DNA of 64,000 nucleotides, from the IMG/VR virus record IMGVR_UViG_3300031788_000002, positions 1 through 64,000 of that record; one strand, given 5' to 3'. Below are positions 20,201 through 29,544 of this stretch, one piece after another (within the stretch, counting starts at the first letter, position 1; each line of letters opens with the position of its first letter). Below the pieces are notes generated by a model. It saw only the letters and a list, made by a program, of their open reading frames with translations, was not told the DNA's origin and did not search any database. The translations under genes were made by a program, and so were the position numbers. Source of the DNA: a virus.

Positions 20201-20329
20201 GCGTCCGAGCAAACCCTCAGCCAGTTCGACGACGTCGACTTCGACTACACCCCCGACGTCACCGACCCCAACAAGCGCATCGATACGTCTGAGGGCAACA
20301 GCCCGAATATCAACCTGCCGAACACCTAG
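17255..20329 (+). CDS. Large virion structural protein (helical termini, beta-rich centre)
   Basis: 1024 aa, Thr/Val/Gly rich; leaderless TGCTAGGAT box. Confidence 0.65.
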   Translation: MSTTTPPSIDPDEVAASVAKLVPGDLSTPLGALSTRNLSVSWDGFQQAVVGMFISSSQAPYYVVKLARDRLLTDISHLILEVQALSAACSTTTRQVQPVTNIAPLSNAQVALQALSKAAAQRTGVYQNIASIPAFNRLTQNVTTFLKTEGVKATQSGQLVNTPSQAKGTLSASAVQLRTDWDALLTKLTLWSGSMTTYAGLNLPGLLSQTILGNAADVMAQNVQQLQSLSPNDRLGVLRSVVVDTVAIQATVQGFGALTPPTVFVPFTGVGKPLADALHPAAPATLTADYPGGYAVYLGKDTLSLLLDGQYTQTIHPPGSFVAQQVTPTAGPFTVLSGVTRFNVTVEQNSGPTTLSTSELVTLPVGSNLPLWTIADAINRGVTLTEAGVYFIVQQTAQEVTVTPTSDPVSSTFTLENGLTWSGLNVDTTFWLILADTPAVGLSQVWQITGVTGAVAICTLIHGVVTPFPAPVVATVGTQANLRLYIRLKNPATALHYEQALRLTDVDSGALAQLSFFSGAVATSARTSAATLALLINQSTAAASLDGTPRVTASTVFVPNFFTGLGRTSPTDPFSVTYYRGRSDGVSFVPNSPTTTAFTVPTLAASGILPGDVLVLRATNNVNDTNTWGTVVSITADGVITTTLTPLGTGPALIEVGPSFYPFSDQRADVELAIAEQQTFDGQYLNAITPGATPLDVRVTKALLGNVGPGGQPVFLQNLQMGQRYVVLNSQDSTTAGAVQITGQGNFDAFLVNSTPRSAVAMASWVTVPSLPNSLQLGDQFELYTTKALTPSFTALITSVDTAASALELSTPLPANQPPFMMDVTSTLPFARVRNTVNQSFVQASQVVEGWLTLPMNNTTQAFQSLDAALNPLIANSNPTQAQATVALTIFQNMLTALSSLIATLQGYTANVVEGVDSLIKGYQQKGLDKAVDILLMADFATFFGLDQDDSSYAGSLAKAMSTVQVTDFPVRRDNRVNSTDTASEQTLSQFDDVDFDYTPDVTDPNKRIDTSEGNSPNINLPNT

Positions 20330-20338
20330 GAGGAAGGC

Positions 20339-20752
20339 GTGAATGATGCATTTAGTAACTACTGCCTGCTCGAGAAAGAGCTGCGTGCCGTTCAATTGAA
20401 GAATGACAACGTCGAGTCACAAGAAGAAAACGCCATCCTTGCGATTATGGACAGCGTCTTGAGTAGTGAGTGTACTGTCTACGTGCCCCCTCTTCCCGAG
20501 GAACCACCACGCAAGTGGGTGTTCCTTAGTCAAGAAGAAGCAATGACGCTGCTCGAATGCATGGTGAGAAGTCTCGAGGAGATGGCCAGCAAGAATCCAA
20601 ACCGCCCTCTGGGCGATTACTGGCTGCTCATGCGAAGGAACGCGGACTTCAACAAGGCACTGGCGGCTTTGTTGATGAACGACCAGAAAGCATTGGAAGA
20701 AGTAGCGCGCGTAGGGTTGCCTGACATCGTGGTGAAAAACGAAACGCTTTGA
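20339..20752 (+). CDS. Hypothetical protein
   Basis: AGGAGG RBS, GTG start. Confidence 0.6.
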   Translation: MNDAFSNYCLLEKELRAVQLKNDNVESQEENAILAIMDSVLSSECTVYVPPLPEEPPRKWVFLSQEEAMTLLECMVRSLEEMASKNPNRPLGDYWLLMRRNADFNKALAALLMNDQKALEEVARVGLPDIVVKNETL

Positions 20753-20863
20753 GCTCATTCACTGAACTCTGAAGAAGAACCAACGAGGACGCTAAGGAGC
20801 AAGTGGCCGAAAGACGTAAGTTTTGCAGCAAAATCCATCGCGGATGCTGAGGACGAGCGCGTC

Positions 20864-21226
20864 ATGAACACGATGAGGGTGTTCACAGAGTCGAACCTCG
20901 ACTCGTACTCGCTGCTGATCTGGGAGGTGCTTTCGGAAGAAGTGCAACTGTACTTGCTGCCGAACTCGTTCCTCGACAGCGAAGATATAGCTGTACTGCA
21001 AGCCGCTCAGGGCAGCTACATCAACAGCGTAGTAACGTCACCGCCGGCGGAGGTAGCGCTCGACAAGATCAACAGTGCAGTCTGCAAGAAGGCAGAGCAC
21101 GTCAACGAAACGTTTCAAGGGACGCGGTGGGCGCAGCGCTACTCGAAGTACTTGTGGGCAGAGTACGCCCACGCTCCGATCAAGCGCATCGTCACCTGCG
21201 TCTATCAAGCTGGGTTCATGCTGTAG
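20864..21226 (+). CDS. Hypothetical protein
   Basis: GAGGA RBS; 120 aa ORF. Confidence 0.6.
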   Translation: MNTMRVFTESNLDSYSLLIWEVLSEEVQLYLLPNSFLDSEDIAVLQAAQGSYINSVVTSPPAEVALDKINSAVCKKAEHVNETFQGTRWAQRYSKYLWAEYAHAPIKRIVTCVYQAGFML

Positions 21227-21289
21227 GAGAGTCCATGGGCATCAACCACCACCGAAAGAAGGGCGCATGAACACGCTTGGGAGGCATCG

Positions 21290-21541
21290 ATGATTTGCAC
21301 GCGCTGTGCGGGGACCGGATTCATCAACACCCACCAGCTTCCCGACGAGGTGGACGTTGACGACCACGATGCAATGCGCGCGTGGATCGCTGACGACGCC
21401 AACGCGCCGCACGACGTTCAGGTGTGCGACTGCTGCGGCGACGGGGACGAGTGGCACGGTAAGCCGGGCGAGCACGACGAGGACCGGTTCGGACGCGAGG
21501 GGCCCTGCGGCTATAATATGGGTCTCCCGGAGTGCATTTAA
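21290..21541 (+). CDS. Small Zn-finger protein (CxxCxGxG twice)
   Basis: CTRCAGTG and CDCCGDG; GGAGG RBS. Confidence 0.65.
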   Translation: MICTRCAGTGFINTHQLPDEVDVDDHDAMRAWIADDANAPHDVQVCDCCGDGDEWHGKPGEHDEDRFGREGPCGYNMGLPECI

Positions 21542-21589
21542 TCCATGAACCTATCAGGGTCAGAACGAACTAATACAAACAGAGGAGAT

Positions 21590-23545
21590 ATGACGATGAA
21601 CACCTATGACAACTCATGCCGCGGACTCTACTCCTTCACGGCGGGCGCCGACCCCGACACTGGCATCGCCTATGACGCGCATCTCGAGCACCTCCCGTTG
21701 CTACAACAGTACGCCGACGGATGGGTGGCTAACGCGCGCTCTACCGTGCCGATGACCGAGGAGGACCGAACGATCACGGAGGCGGCTGTCCGTGCCCAAT
21801 ACCGCAACGCGGGCCGGCCGGAGCCTAAGACGGTGGTCTTCGCGCGTGGTCCGGTGACTGGGCACGTAGCCGCTCGCATCGCGTCCGGGATTTGGTACCT
21901 GCGGCAGCACCCGGAGGTGCAAGTCAAGGTGTTTGGGCACCTGTTGTCGGATCGTGGGCTGAAGGACGCGATCCTGCCGACATGCCGTATCGCGTTCGGA
22001 GAGCCGGTGAATCGAGTGCTACCGAAGAGATCCGTTGCCGCCGATGCCGCTGCCGCTGTCGCTGCCGATGCCGCCGCTTACGCTGCCGCTTACGCTGCCG
22101 ATGCCGATGCCGATGCCGCTGACGCTGCCGATGCCGCTGTCGCTGTCGCCGCCGCCGCCGATGCCGCTGCCGCTGCCGCTGTCGCTGCCGATGCCGCCGC
22201 TTACGCTGCCGCTTACGCTGCCGCTGCCGATGTCGCTGACGCTGCCGCTGACGCTGACGCTGACGCTGCCGATGTCGCTGTCGCTGCCGCTGCCGCCGCC
22301 GATTCCGCTGTCGCTGCCGATGCCGCGGCCGATGCCGCCGCCGCCGCCTCTTACGCTTACGCTGCCGCTGCCGATGTCGCTGCCGCTGTCGCTGCCGCCG
22401 CCGCCGCCGCTGACGCTGCCGCTGCCGATGTCGCTGTCGCTGACGCTGCCGATGTCGCTGCCGCGTGGCCCCTGGTCCTGTTCCTTTTGCGCTGCTGCGG
22501 GTACTACCGATATTGGCGCCGGTGGACGGACGGCGGCAACTTGTGGGTCTGGCGGAAGGTGCGACTCGGCTTCTTCCGCGAGGTGGCCCAGCTCCCGATC
22601 GATTGGACGAAGTGGATCCCGTACGAGGAGGCTGCGCGACACGCCGGGCCCCGATTCCACCGTGCGAACTTCGCGATCGTAAGTGACCGGTCTACCGCGT
22701 TTTGCCAGGACGATCGGAATCGACTGCACTGCGAAGATGGCCCGGCTCTCGCGTGGCGCGACGGGATCAAGCTCTACTACTGGCACGGCACCAAGGTCAG
22801 CCAGTGCCTGATCGAGGATCCAGAGTCCTACTCTCGCGAAGAGATCATGGCGGAGCCCAATAGCGAGGTCGTTCGCGCGCTTGCGGAGCGAATGGGCTGG
22901 GACGCGTTTCTCGAGCGCGTCGGAGCAACCGTCGTGGATCGTGGCGTGGACGAGCACACGGAGCTTGCGTATGAGCTGCTGGCGCTAGACCACAAGTTCG
23001 GCGACAAGCAGCCGAAACTACTGCGCATGCAGTCACCGGTTGAACACGACGGATCGCAGCCCCGGTACGCCGAGACCATCCCCTCCGAGATCGCGACGTG
23101 GCAGGCGGCTCGCGCCTGGAAATTCCCGCGCCCTGACGGATCGTGGCCGATTGCGGCGGAGTGCAACGCCGATCCGCGACTCGTTTTCGCCTACGAGGAC
23201 GGGATCGCGGTCAGCGGCGAGACGACGCACTACGCGCGACAGGGAGACGTGTGTATCCAGGTGATCGAACCCATATCGCTCGAAGGCCGCACAGAGGTAC
23301 CGCGCGCCGCGGAGGGGCTCGTACTGCGGCGTGGCACCGCCGCGGGTAACGCGCATGTAATTCGAGAAAATGGAGCTCGTCTCTACACGCCAGGAGACGT
23401 CAAGGGATCGACGCTGCTCATCGTCGACGCGGCTGTGGCTCTTGAGCACGCACAGCACTTCGACGTACCCTTCGTGCCGCAGTGGTATCGGATCATGCCG
23501 GCGCGGACTGGCACCGACGAGGCGTGGGCAGCCGTCGAAGACTAG
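21590..23545 (+). CDS. DUF6745-domain protein with Ala/Asp low-complexity insert and fused C-terminal RQGDV domain
   Basis: RLHCEDGPALAWRDGIKLYYWHG and EPNSEVVRALAERMGW (DUF6745); C-terminal YARQGDV...GNAHVI...LEHAQH; GAGGAG RBS. Confidence 0.75.
   Translation: MTMNTYDNSCRGLYSFTAGADPDTGIAYDAHLEHLPLLQQYADGWVANARSTVPMTEEDRTITEAAVRAQYRNAGRPEPKTVVFARGPVTGHVAARIASGIWYLRQHPEVQVKVFGHLLSDRGLKDAILPTCRIAFGEPVNRVLPKRSVAADAAAAVAADAAAYAAAYAADADADAADAADAAVAVAAAADAAAAAAVAADAAAYAAAYAAAADVADAAADADADAADVAVAAAAAADSAVAADAAADAAAAASYAYAAAADVAAAVAAAAAAADAAAADVAVADAADVAAAWPLVLFLLRCCGYYRYWRRWTDGGNLWVWRKVRLGFFREVAQLPIDWTKWIPYEEAARHAGPRFHRANFAIVSDRSTAFCQDDRNRLHCEDGPALAWRDGIKLYYWHGTKVSQCLIEDPESYSREEIMAEPNSEVVRALAERMGWDAFLERVGATVVDRGVDEHTELAYELLALDHKFGDKQPKLLRMQSPVEHDGSQPRYAETIPSEIATWQAARAWKFPRPDGSWPIAAECNADPRLVFAYEDGIAVSGETTHYARQGDVCIQVIEPISLEGRTEVPRAAEGLVLRRGTAAGNAHVIRENGARLYTPGDVKGSTLLIVDAAVALEHAQHFDVPFVPQWYRIMPARTGTDEAWAAVED
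22034..22465 (+). repeat. Low-complexity GCY/GAY/GTC/TAC codon repeat (Ala-Asp-Val-Tyr)
   Basis: ~144 codons almost entirely gcc/gct/gat/gac/gtc/tac. Confidence 0.95.
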
Positions 23546-23589
23546 CGTCCGTACGTTGGGCTTAGTGAGCGAAGGGAGGGCGAAGGACC

Positions 23590-23892
23590 TCAGCCTGCTT
23601 GAGGCGCAGCGGGCGGGTTCAGGATGGCATTGATCGAGGGCATGAGCGTCGCAACGGGGTCGACGCCGAGAGCCTTCATGTTCAGCGCCATCCAGCTCAG
23701 CGTCGTGGTGATGCTGCCTTGTGCGTCCGACGTGAACTTCGTGAGGACGGGGGCGGCAGCGTTCTGGGCTGCCGTGAGGGCAGCCTGGGCCGCATTGATG
23801 TTGTTGATGGCGGTCTGAAGCGCTACGCCGTCGGTCTGCAGAACGCCTTCGGCGGTTTCGACGTCATTGAGCGTGGGCGAATTATTGGGCAT
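23590..23892 (-). CDS. Hypothetical Ala-rich helical protein
   Basis: AAGGA RBS before MPNNSPT. Confidence 0.6.
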   Translation of the reverse strand: MPNNSPTLNDVETAEGVLQTDGVALQTAINNINAAQAALTAAQNAAAPVLTKFTSDAQGSITTTLSWMALNMKALGVDPVATLMPSINAILNPPAAPQAG

Positions 23893-23991
23893 TGGTGAAT
23901 CCTTTCGCCCGTAGGCTAGCGCCTCCTTCCTTATTTTGGGAATACGTTTTCGAATTGTCACCGTCTTGAAACGATTGGTAGGTTTCGGGTC

Positions 23992-24273
23992 ATGTCATCT
24001 GTAACGAATATACAGGCACGAGGCATTACATCAGCGGATCTGAATGAGTTGGTGATTCAAGCAGCGCTGGCAAAAGCGGCGCGAATTAACCGGGAAGGGC
24101 TGAGTGAACAAATCTTCTTTTTGAAGTCCGAGGGCATGCTTGACAGCCAACTTCTGGCGGCGGCCGTAGCGCGGCGTGATGCGCGGGAAGAAGCCGCGGC
24201 ACCGGTAGCGCAAGAAGAGCTGCGAACGCTATATCAACGCGTGGCCGGCTACGACCCCGAGGAGAGCAAATAG
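23992..24273 (+). CDS. Hypothetical protein
   Basis: TGGTAGGTT box 7 nt before ATG. Confidence 0.55.
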   Translation: MSSVTNIQARGITSADLNELVIQAALAKAARINREGLSEQIFFLKSEGMLDSQLLAAAVARRDAREEAAAPVAQEELRTLYQRVAGYDPEESK

Positions 24274-24334
24274 CGGACAACGTCAAGCGCATGACCCGGT
24301 TCAAGCTCGCCGTTTTGAAGGAGGTCGCGACGCT

Positions 24335-24652
24335 ATGAGCATCGTAAAGCCCACGGAGAACGAAGTGTTTGTTCTCGTGAACATCCCCCTTGCGGCGGGC
24401 TTCGATAAGTACGACGCAGCCTCGCTGCGCTTAATGACGAAGTACTATGCCGCCAAAGAAGAAGATCCGCCGCAAGAGCTTCGCAGCCAAGATACTCTAG
24501 CGGCATACCGTACCCACGATCGCTTGAAGAGCACCGAACGAGCGGTAGCTCTACGCAGGCATCGGCCCGTCAGCTTTGCGTTAGCCACGATGGTTCATTT
24601 GGAGGATGGGACGTCGCTCATCGAACGTAAACGTCTACGAAAGAGATATTAA
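24335..24652 (+). CDS. Hypothetical protein
   Basis: AAGGAGGT RBS. Confidence 0.65.
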   Translation: MSIVKPTENEVFVLVNIPLAAGFDKYDAASLRLMTKYYAAKEEDPPQELRSQDTLAAYRTHDRLKSTERAVALRRHRPVSFALATMVHLEDGTSLIERKRLRKRY

Positions 24653-25177
24653 GTGAGCCAGCCTCTGTGGAAGTACAGGCAACTGAAGAACGACAACAAG
24701 CTGCTGTGCGTGGATCATTCGCTTACGCGGCGCCACTGTCCTGAAATTCTTATAGCTGAAGAAATTAACGACACGGACCCCAGCAGGTTCGCGGTGTTCC
24801 GGGTACCTCTTGAGCGTTTGCAGTTGGGCGCGGATGGTCGCCTTGTGGATGTCATCGATGGCAAGGGGCAGCCACACACCGTTTGGTTTGAAGACGACGT
24901 ACATAACTCCGCGAAGTGCGGGAACAAGCCCGGGCCATGCGCGACGTGCCACAAGTACATCAGCCATTCCTTAACAGCCGCTGCGGAAACGGCGGGGGTC
25001 TATTTCATCGGAAGCTTGCGTAAGCAGTTCTGTGCGTCAAACGTTCTTACGCGATGGCGAGCCTACGAGGTTGTTGCGGGTTATCAAGGCTGGATGCCCT
25101 TCGACCCGTACCCGAAAGAGCTGACGGAAGAGGATTTCGAACACTACTGGGCGCTATTACCAAGAGAGGGGGCGTAG
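24653..25177 (+). CDS. Hypothetical protein
   Basis: Directly follows upstream stop; 174 aa. Confidence 0.6.
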   Translation: MSQPLWKYRQLKNDNKLLCVDHSLTRRHCPEILIAEEINDTDPSRFAVFRVPLERLQLGADGRLVDVIDGKGQPHTVWFEDDVHNSAKCGNKPGPCATCHKYISHSLTAAAETAGVYFIGSLRKQFCASNVLTRWRAYEVVAGYQGWMPFDPYPKELTEEDFEHYWALLPREGA

Positions 25178-25182
25178 ACAAC

Positions 25183-26097
25183 ATGAGTGACGATGAAACG
25201 CAGCAGTCGGCGAAGATCGTCATCGGGAGGAAAGAAATGACGCTGAATAGAGTCTTGATCTTGGATACCGAGACAACGGGCTTGGAAGAAGATGCGGTGT
25301 GCATCGAGGTCGCCGTGGCGCTCTACAGCGTGAAGCACGGAGCGGTCATCGAAACGTACTCATCACTGATTCGTCATAACGCCAACCCCGCCGAAGCCAT
25401 CAACGGAATCCCCGTTGATATTCTCCTAACTGCTCCGGAGTGCGATTGGGTATGGAAGAAGGTGCGTGCGCTGGTGTACGAAGTCGATGCGATTGTGGCG
25501 CACAACGCGGCTTTCGATAGGCGCTTCGTACCCATGACAGTAACCTGTTATACCCCCTGGATCTGCTCGTGCGACGACCTCATTTGGCCGAAGGCCCCGA
25601 AGCCGGGCATGAACCTCGTGGGCTTGGCCCTAGCGCACGGGCTCGGCGTGGCCCACGCCCACCGAGCAGCCGCGGACGTTGAGCTCCTCTGCCGGCTCCT
25701 TACGCGCGTGCGGGAGACGGTGGGCAGCTTGGAGCCCTTTCTTCGCTATGGCCTGCGCCCCAAGGCGCTCTTCCAGGCGCTCGTTCCCAAACCTGGGGCC
25801 GAAGCCAAGGCCGCGGGCTTTCGCTTCGATTGGGACACCCGGCAATGGCTGCGCACCATGGCGGTAGAGGACGCGGCTAAGCTGCCGTTCAAAACCCAGG
25901 AGGTCACCCGTGAAGGCGTTAAACGTGCGCTGTGTAAGAAGCACGAACACTCGGCCACGGTGACCGTACGTTGTCCTGTGTGCAAGGCCAGTAGGAACAT
26001 CAAGCCGTACGAATTCGCCGCCGATGACTTTCCGCTGTGTGAAAAGGATGGCAGTCCCATGCTGCCCGTGAAAGCAGCGTCGGCACCCAACGCATAA
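25183..26097 (+). CDS. DEDDh 3'-5' exonuclease (DnaQ/epsilon-like) with C-terminal Zn ribbon
   Basis: ILDTETTG (ExoI), AHNAAFD (ExoII), HRAAADV (ExoIII); CPVC...CEKDG. Confidence 0.9.
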   Translation: MSDDETQQSAKIVIGRKEMTLNRVLILDTETTGLEEDAVCIEVAVALYSVKHGAVIETYSSLIRHNANPAEAINGIPVDILLTAPECDWVWKKVRALVYEVDAIVAHNAAFDRRFVPMTVTCYTPWICSCDDLIWPKAPKPGMNLVGLALAHGLGVAHAHRAAADVELLCRLLTRVRETVGSLEPFLRYGLRPKALFQALVPKPGAEAKAAGFRFDWDTRQWLRTMAVEDAAKLPFKTQEVTREGVKRALCKKHEHSATVTVRCPVCKASRNIKPYEFAADDFPLCEKDGSPMLPVKAASAPNA

Positions 26098-26127
26098 ATA
26101 GCGGTGTGCGCGGGTATAACCGTCAGG

Positions 26128-26469
26128 ATGAAGGCGCCTCCCGCTAAAAGAACCGCGCGTCGACGCTGGTTCATTTCGAAAGACAAGAGCCCGACCCATT
26201 GGGTCGGGCCTTTCTTTGACAAAAACGAAGCCACCCAATTCGGTGTACAGCTCTTCTGCAGCCAAGCCTACAGCCCTCATTTCTTTTATGTCCGTTGCTT
26301 TCGTGAGAGTACGGACAATCTATGGGCTTTTGCTCTTGAAGAACCAAAGCGTGGGCGTAAGCCCAAGAACTCGCCGAAGTACAAGATACTCACGCGCGCC
26401 TACGCAGGCGTTTGGATCCCGTTATACAAAGCAACCAAGATCCTCATTCAGGAATACGCGGGAGGGTAA
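26128..26469 (+). CDS. Basic hypothetical protein
   Basis: GGGTATAAC 7 nt before ATG. Confidence 0.55.
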   Translation: MKAPPAKRTARRRWFISKDKSPTHWVGPFFDKNEATQFGVQLFCSQAYSPHFFYVRCFRESTDNLWAFALEEPKRGRKPKNSPKYKILTRAYAGVWIPLYKATKILIQEYAGG

Positions 26470-26471
26470 AC

Positions 26472-26651
26472 ATGACGCCGGTTGTAACGAAAGAGCCGGG
26501 ACAAGTGGCTTACGAAAAGCACAAGCAGCTATTGGACGCGGGGGATGAAAAGCGGTCGGTGCTGGGAGAGTGGCATGCTTTGACGCCTCCCGTTCAGCGT
26601 CATTAGGTGCTCGTAGAGAAAGCAGTGCACGACACCTATGGCGCGCCTTAG
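26472..26651 (+). pseudogene. Small protein interrupted by in-frame TAG (26604)
   Basis: PGQVAYE...W..L....QRH*VLVEKAV; GGAGG RBS; frame continues to overlap the next gene. Confidence 0.5.
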
Positions 26652-26928
26652 CCTTACGTGGGAAGCCGACGAGACGCCACCTTACGCTTTCTGTGAGCTC
26701 GTCTTTGCGACGAGCCTCAGGCCCTGGTGTATTCGTAAGCTTGGAAAAGCGGGGCTCAAGCTGGGCGGCGGCATTGACACGCCGTCGCTCTGCGGACGGG
26801 TCCAGCCATCGTGTACAAGCGGCGGCAAAGGTTCTGGGGGTTGGGACAACAGCGTGCGTATTATGCCGCAGCATCTAACGCATTGTTGCGCAACGTGTCG
26901 AGCGATCTATAAAAGGGAAACGGTATGA
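26638..26928 (+). CDS. Cys-containing hypothetical protein
   Basis: LCGR...GWD...CCATC; ATGA overlap with next gene. Confidence 0.6.
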   Translation: MARLSLTWEADETPPYAFCELVFATSLRPWCIRKLGKAGLKLGGGIDTPSLCGRVQPSCTSGGKGSGGWDNSVRIMPQHLTHCCATCRAIYKRETV

Positions 26929-27460
26929 GTGAAGCAAGCGTAGAAGAAGACCTCGCCTTTCTTACTGAGGCAGAGAACGTGCTCCAAAGCAGCAGGCCGA
27001 TTCTGTGGGACGAGGAATGCGTCCGTGTTCATGCCTTGGCGGCAGAGCCCTACCCATTCCTCGTGAGCCGGACGGACTTGCGTCGCCTGATTGCTCGAGC
27101 GCGTGTGCGCGTGTGCGCGTTCTTGCGCGCGTGCAGTGGCCTGCTACCCCTGCTGTGGCACCCGTAGCAATCGGCGACTTGTACATCTGGAAGGCTTTTC
27201 GATACACGCGTTTTTGGGGTCAGCTCTGTAAAGTCGTTTCTGTGCACGCTTGGCTGCCGAACAACGACGCTTACTTTCTACAAATTGTAGGAGATGCACC
27301 CGAGCCGTTCTTTGTTACCACTACGCTACTACATGACACACGCTTTTGGCTTCCATGGCCGCAGCCATGGCCGCAGCCATGGCCTAAACCACGTCCTGCC
27401 CTCCATGAATTGATTAGAGAGGCAATGGCAGGCCGACGAAAGAGGCGTTTGTATGAGTAG
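26925..27460 (+). pseudogene. Hypothetical gene frameshifted by an 8-bp tandem duplication
   Basis: GCGCGTGT x2.75 at 27099-27120; removing one unit joins ORF 26925 to the frame of ORF 27005. Confidence 0.65.
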
Positions 27461-27860
27461 CCGCGCGAAGTGGGTTACGAACATTGTTATGCAGGCACTT
27501 CGTGCTGGGGGCCTTAGTCTTAACGAAAGCCAAGCGTGCGACATCGACACGATGTTTCATAAAGACGCCCCGAAGTACAGGGAACAACTTGTAAAAGTGT
27601 CGGAGCTCGTTACCGCGGCTATCGCAGAGTGTGACGAGCAGCAAGGGTCTACGCGTACGCCCACCGTCGTTCATTATTGTGACTATGCTTCTCAGTCTGA
27701 CATTCGTATTTGCTGTACGCAGCGACTGACGCTCCCGCTCTGGAACATGAAGGAAACGGGCCCCGTATGGAGTGCTTCGCATGGTATGCTGTACGCCTTC
27801 GAGAAAGCTTTTGTAACCTGCCGCTTGTGCCAAGTAACCCTGCGGCGAAAGGAGGAGTAG
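27453..27860 (+). CDS. Hypothetical protein
   Basis: GAGG RBS; C-terminal CxxC. Confidence 0.6.
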   Translation: MSSRAKWVTNIVMQALRAGGLSLNESQACDIDTMFHKDAPKYREQLVKVSELVTAAIAECDEQQGSTRTPTVVHYCDYASQSDIRICCTQRLTLPLWNMKETGPVWSASHGMLYAFEKAFVTCRLCQVTLRRKEE

Positions 27861-27861
27861 C

Positions 27862-28336
27862 ATGCCGGGTAAAGCCTGGACCGACGCTGAGTTTCTGACC
27901 TACGTCGAGCATCATTCACAAACGGAGCGCGCGATCTTTTGCCGGGAGCACCTCCTGCGCTTGTTCGAGCTGGCGGGGTCGACGCAAAAGATTCCTGAGG
28001 AAGCCGCCTTCCTAGAGCTGCACTACGACAACGCACGTGTGTGTGTGTGTTGATATAGCGCGTGCGCGTCTTGGGGATGGCGTGTCTGATACGGCTTTCT
28101 TGCGCAATCTCGAAATCAATGCCAAAGCGGGCATGAACACCTACAACTACTACCATCTGCTGCGCCTCTTTGCGCTTTCGGGCGATATCTTTCCGTGTCA
28201 ACGGCCGACACTGGATGTGGTCATGCCCCCGAACAACGTGTTGACCATGGTCAAAACAGCGCGGGAGCGGGGGCGCCCGAAGCTCGTATTGGTCCACAGC
28301 ACCTCGAAAGCGTCCGAGGGAAATACCCGTGGGTAA
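27862..28336 (+). pseudogene. Two-repeat protein frameshifted at a (GT)7 microsatellite
   Basis: Halves share xDxxFL...HLLRLFxLxG; (GT)5 or (GT)8 at 28037-28050 restores the frame. Confidence 0.7.
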
Positions 28337-28616
28337 ACGCGTGCGCCTGCGTCGGAAGCGCATTAAGAGGGCGCTGCACCTGGAAGTATCCGAGGATCGG
28401 CCGGAATCCCTTGCCGTCTTGCACAAGCAGGTTAAGTCCGGTCAGTGCATTAGCGACCGAGATCCTGCAGACGCTGAACAAGGCCGCCATCGACGACATC
28501 TATACGTAGGACGATGCTAACTTCTTGGCGCTCATCAGTTACGCCGTTCGGTTCCTGTAGGTGCCACAGTGACCCTTAGCGAGGACAGGTAATCATGGCT
28601 AACGAAGTACTGACCC

Positions 28617-28985
28617 TTGAGCTTCATGGCGATACGTGGGAGCTGCCTGATATCAGTGAAAAGCGCGTTCGCAATTCTTATGAGGAGAACGTACGGCGAG
28701 CGCGCGCGGGTTTATGGAACGCCGTATCCGCCTGATGCGTTTCGAGGCGCTGCCGTCGATACCCTGCGCCTCGATGACGCCGCGAAGTGGACGGAGGGCC
28801 CTTGCGCAGGAGCGCCCCCGGCGCCCGTTCCGGGGGATTATTTGAAGCGCGCGGGCGTTGACAGGGGCATTGGCCCCGACGAAACGGTTGTTCAAGCCTT
28901 CGTACGTCTTGCACGCCAACGCGGGGCAACGAACACTTACGAGGGTCTCTTGGGCGCGCTTATGCGCGCGGGGGTACGTCGGTGA
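28617..28985 (+). CDS. Hypothetical protein (start uncertain)
   Basis: ORF overlapping next start (GTGA). Confidence 0.4.
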   Translation: MSFMAIRGSCLISVKSAFAILMRRTYGERARVYGTPYPPDAFRGAAVDTLRLDDAAKWTEGPCAGAPPAPVPGDYLKRAGVDRGIGPDETVVQAFVRLARQRGATNTYEGLLGALMRAGVRR

Positions 28986-29269
28986 CCAACGACAGAGCGA
29001 ACGAGATTCTGGCCCGCATGGCCGCTATGTTTCGTAAACAGGGGTATGCTCCGAAGCAGTTTCGCAGAGCTGATCTCCACCCGAGCCCTGCGGAAGCACG
29101 CGAGCACGCGCATTGGATGGCGCTTGAAGCGTTGACTATACCCGCGGATAAGATCGGTACGAAGTTTACGTGGATCGGTTGGATTCAGTGCACGCTGTGG
29201 CAGATGGGTGGTTTCTCCATCGACGAGATGCGGGCGATGAACATGCCTGTATTGTCAACCACGGGCTAA
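28982..29269 (+). CDS. Hypothetical phage protein
   Basis: HAHWM...K..TWIGWIQ..LW..G..SIDEMR..N motif. Confidence 0.65.
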   Translation: MTNDRANEILARMAAMFRKQGYAPKQFRRADLHPSPAEAREHAHWMALEALTIPADKIGTKFTWIGWIQCTLWQMGGFSIDEMRAMNMPVLSTTG

Positions 29270-29310
29270 AAGAACGAAGTCCAACAGCGACTTCATTCCC
29301 CCCTACTGCT

Positions 29311-29505
29311 CTAAGCCACGTGGCGTGGCTTGCGCTGAACGACAATACGGTAGTTGCTGCTCACGTCGCACTTGCGCGCTTGGGCATTGAATAGCTCAAA
29401 CATGCGTGGCCGTTGCCATGGACGCGCCGGGTGCTCCACAATCTCCAAGATGTGGGGCACCCGATTGTGATACATGCGCTTCAGCTTCGTGATATTCACG
29501 CTCAC
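29311..29505 (-). CDS. Small hypothetical protein
   Basis: GGAGGT RBS, GTG start; class A promoter at 29519-29526. Confidence 0.6.
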   Translation of the reverse strand: MSVNITKLKRMYHNRVPHILEIVEHPARPWQRPRMFELFNAQARKCDVSSNYRIVVQRKPRHVA

Positions 29506-29544
29506 CTACCTCCCTACTGTTATGCCTGACCGCCGGGTATTTTT

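Noticed and set aside
22019-22957. Long alternative-frame and antisense ORFs over the Ala/Asp tract
   Set aside because: Shadows of a stop-free codon repeat; no RBS or independent domain.
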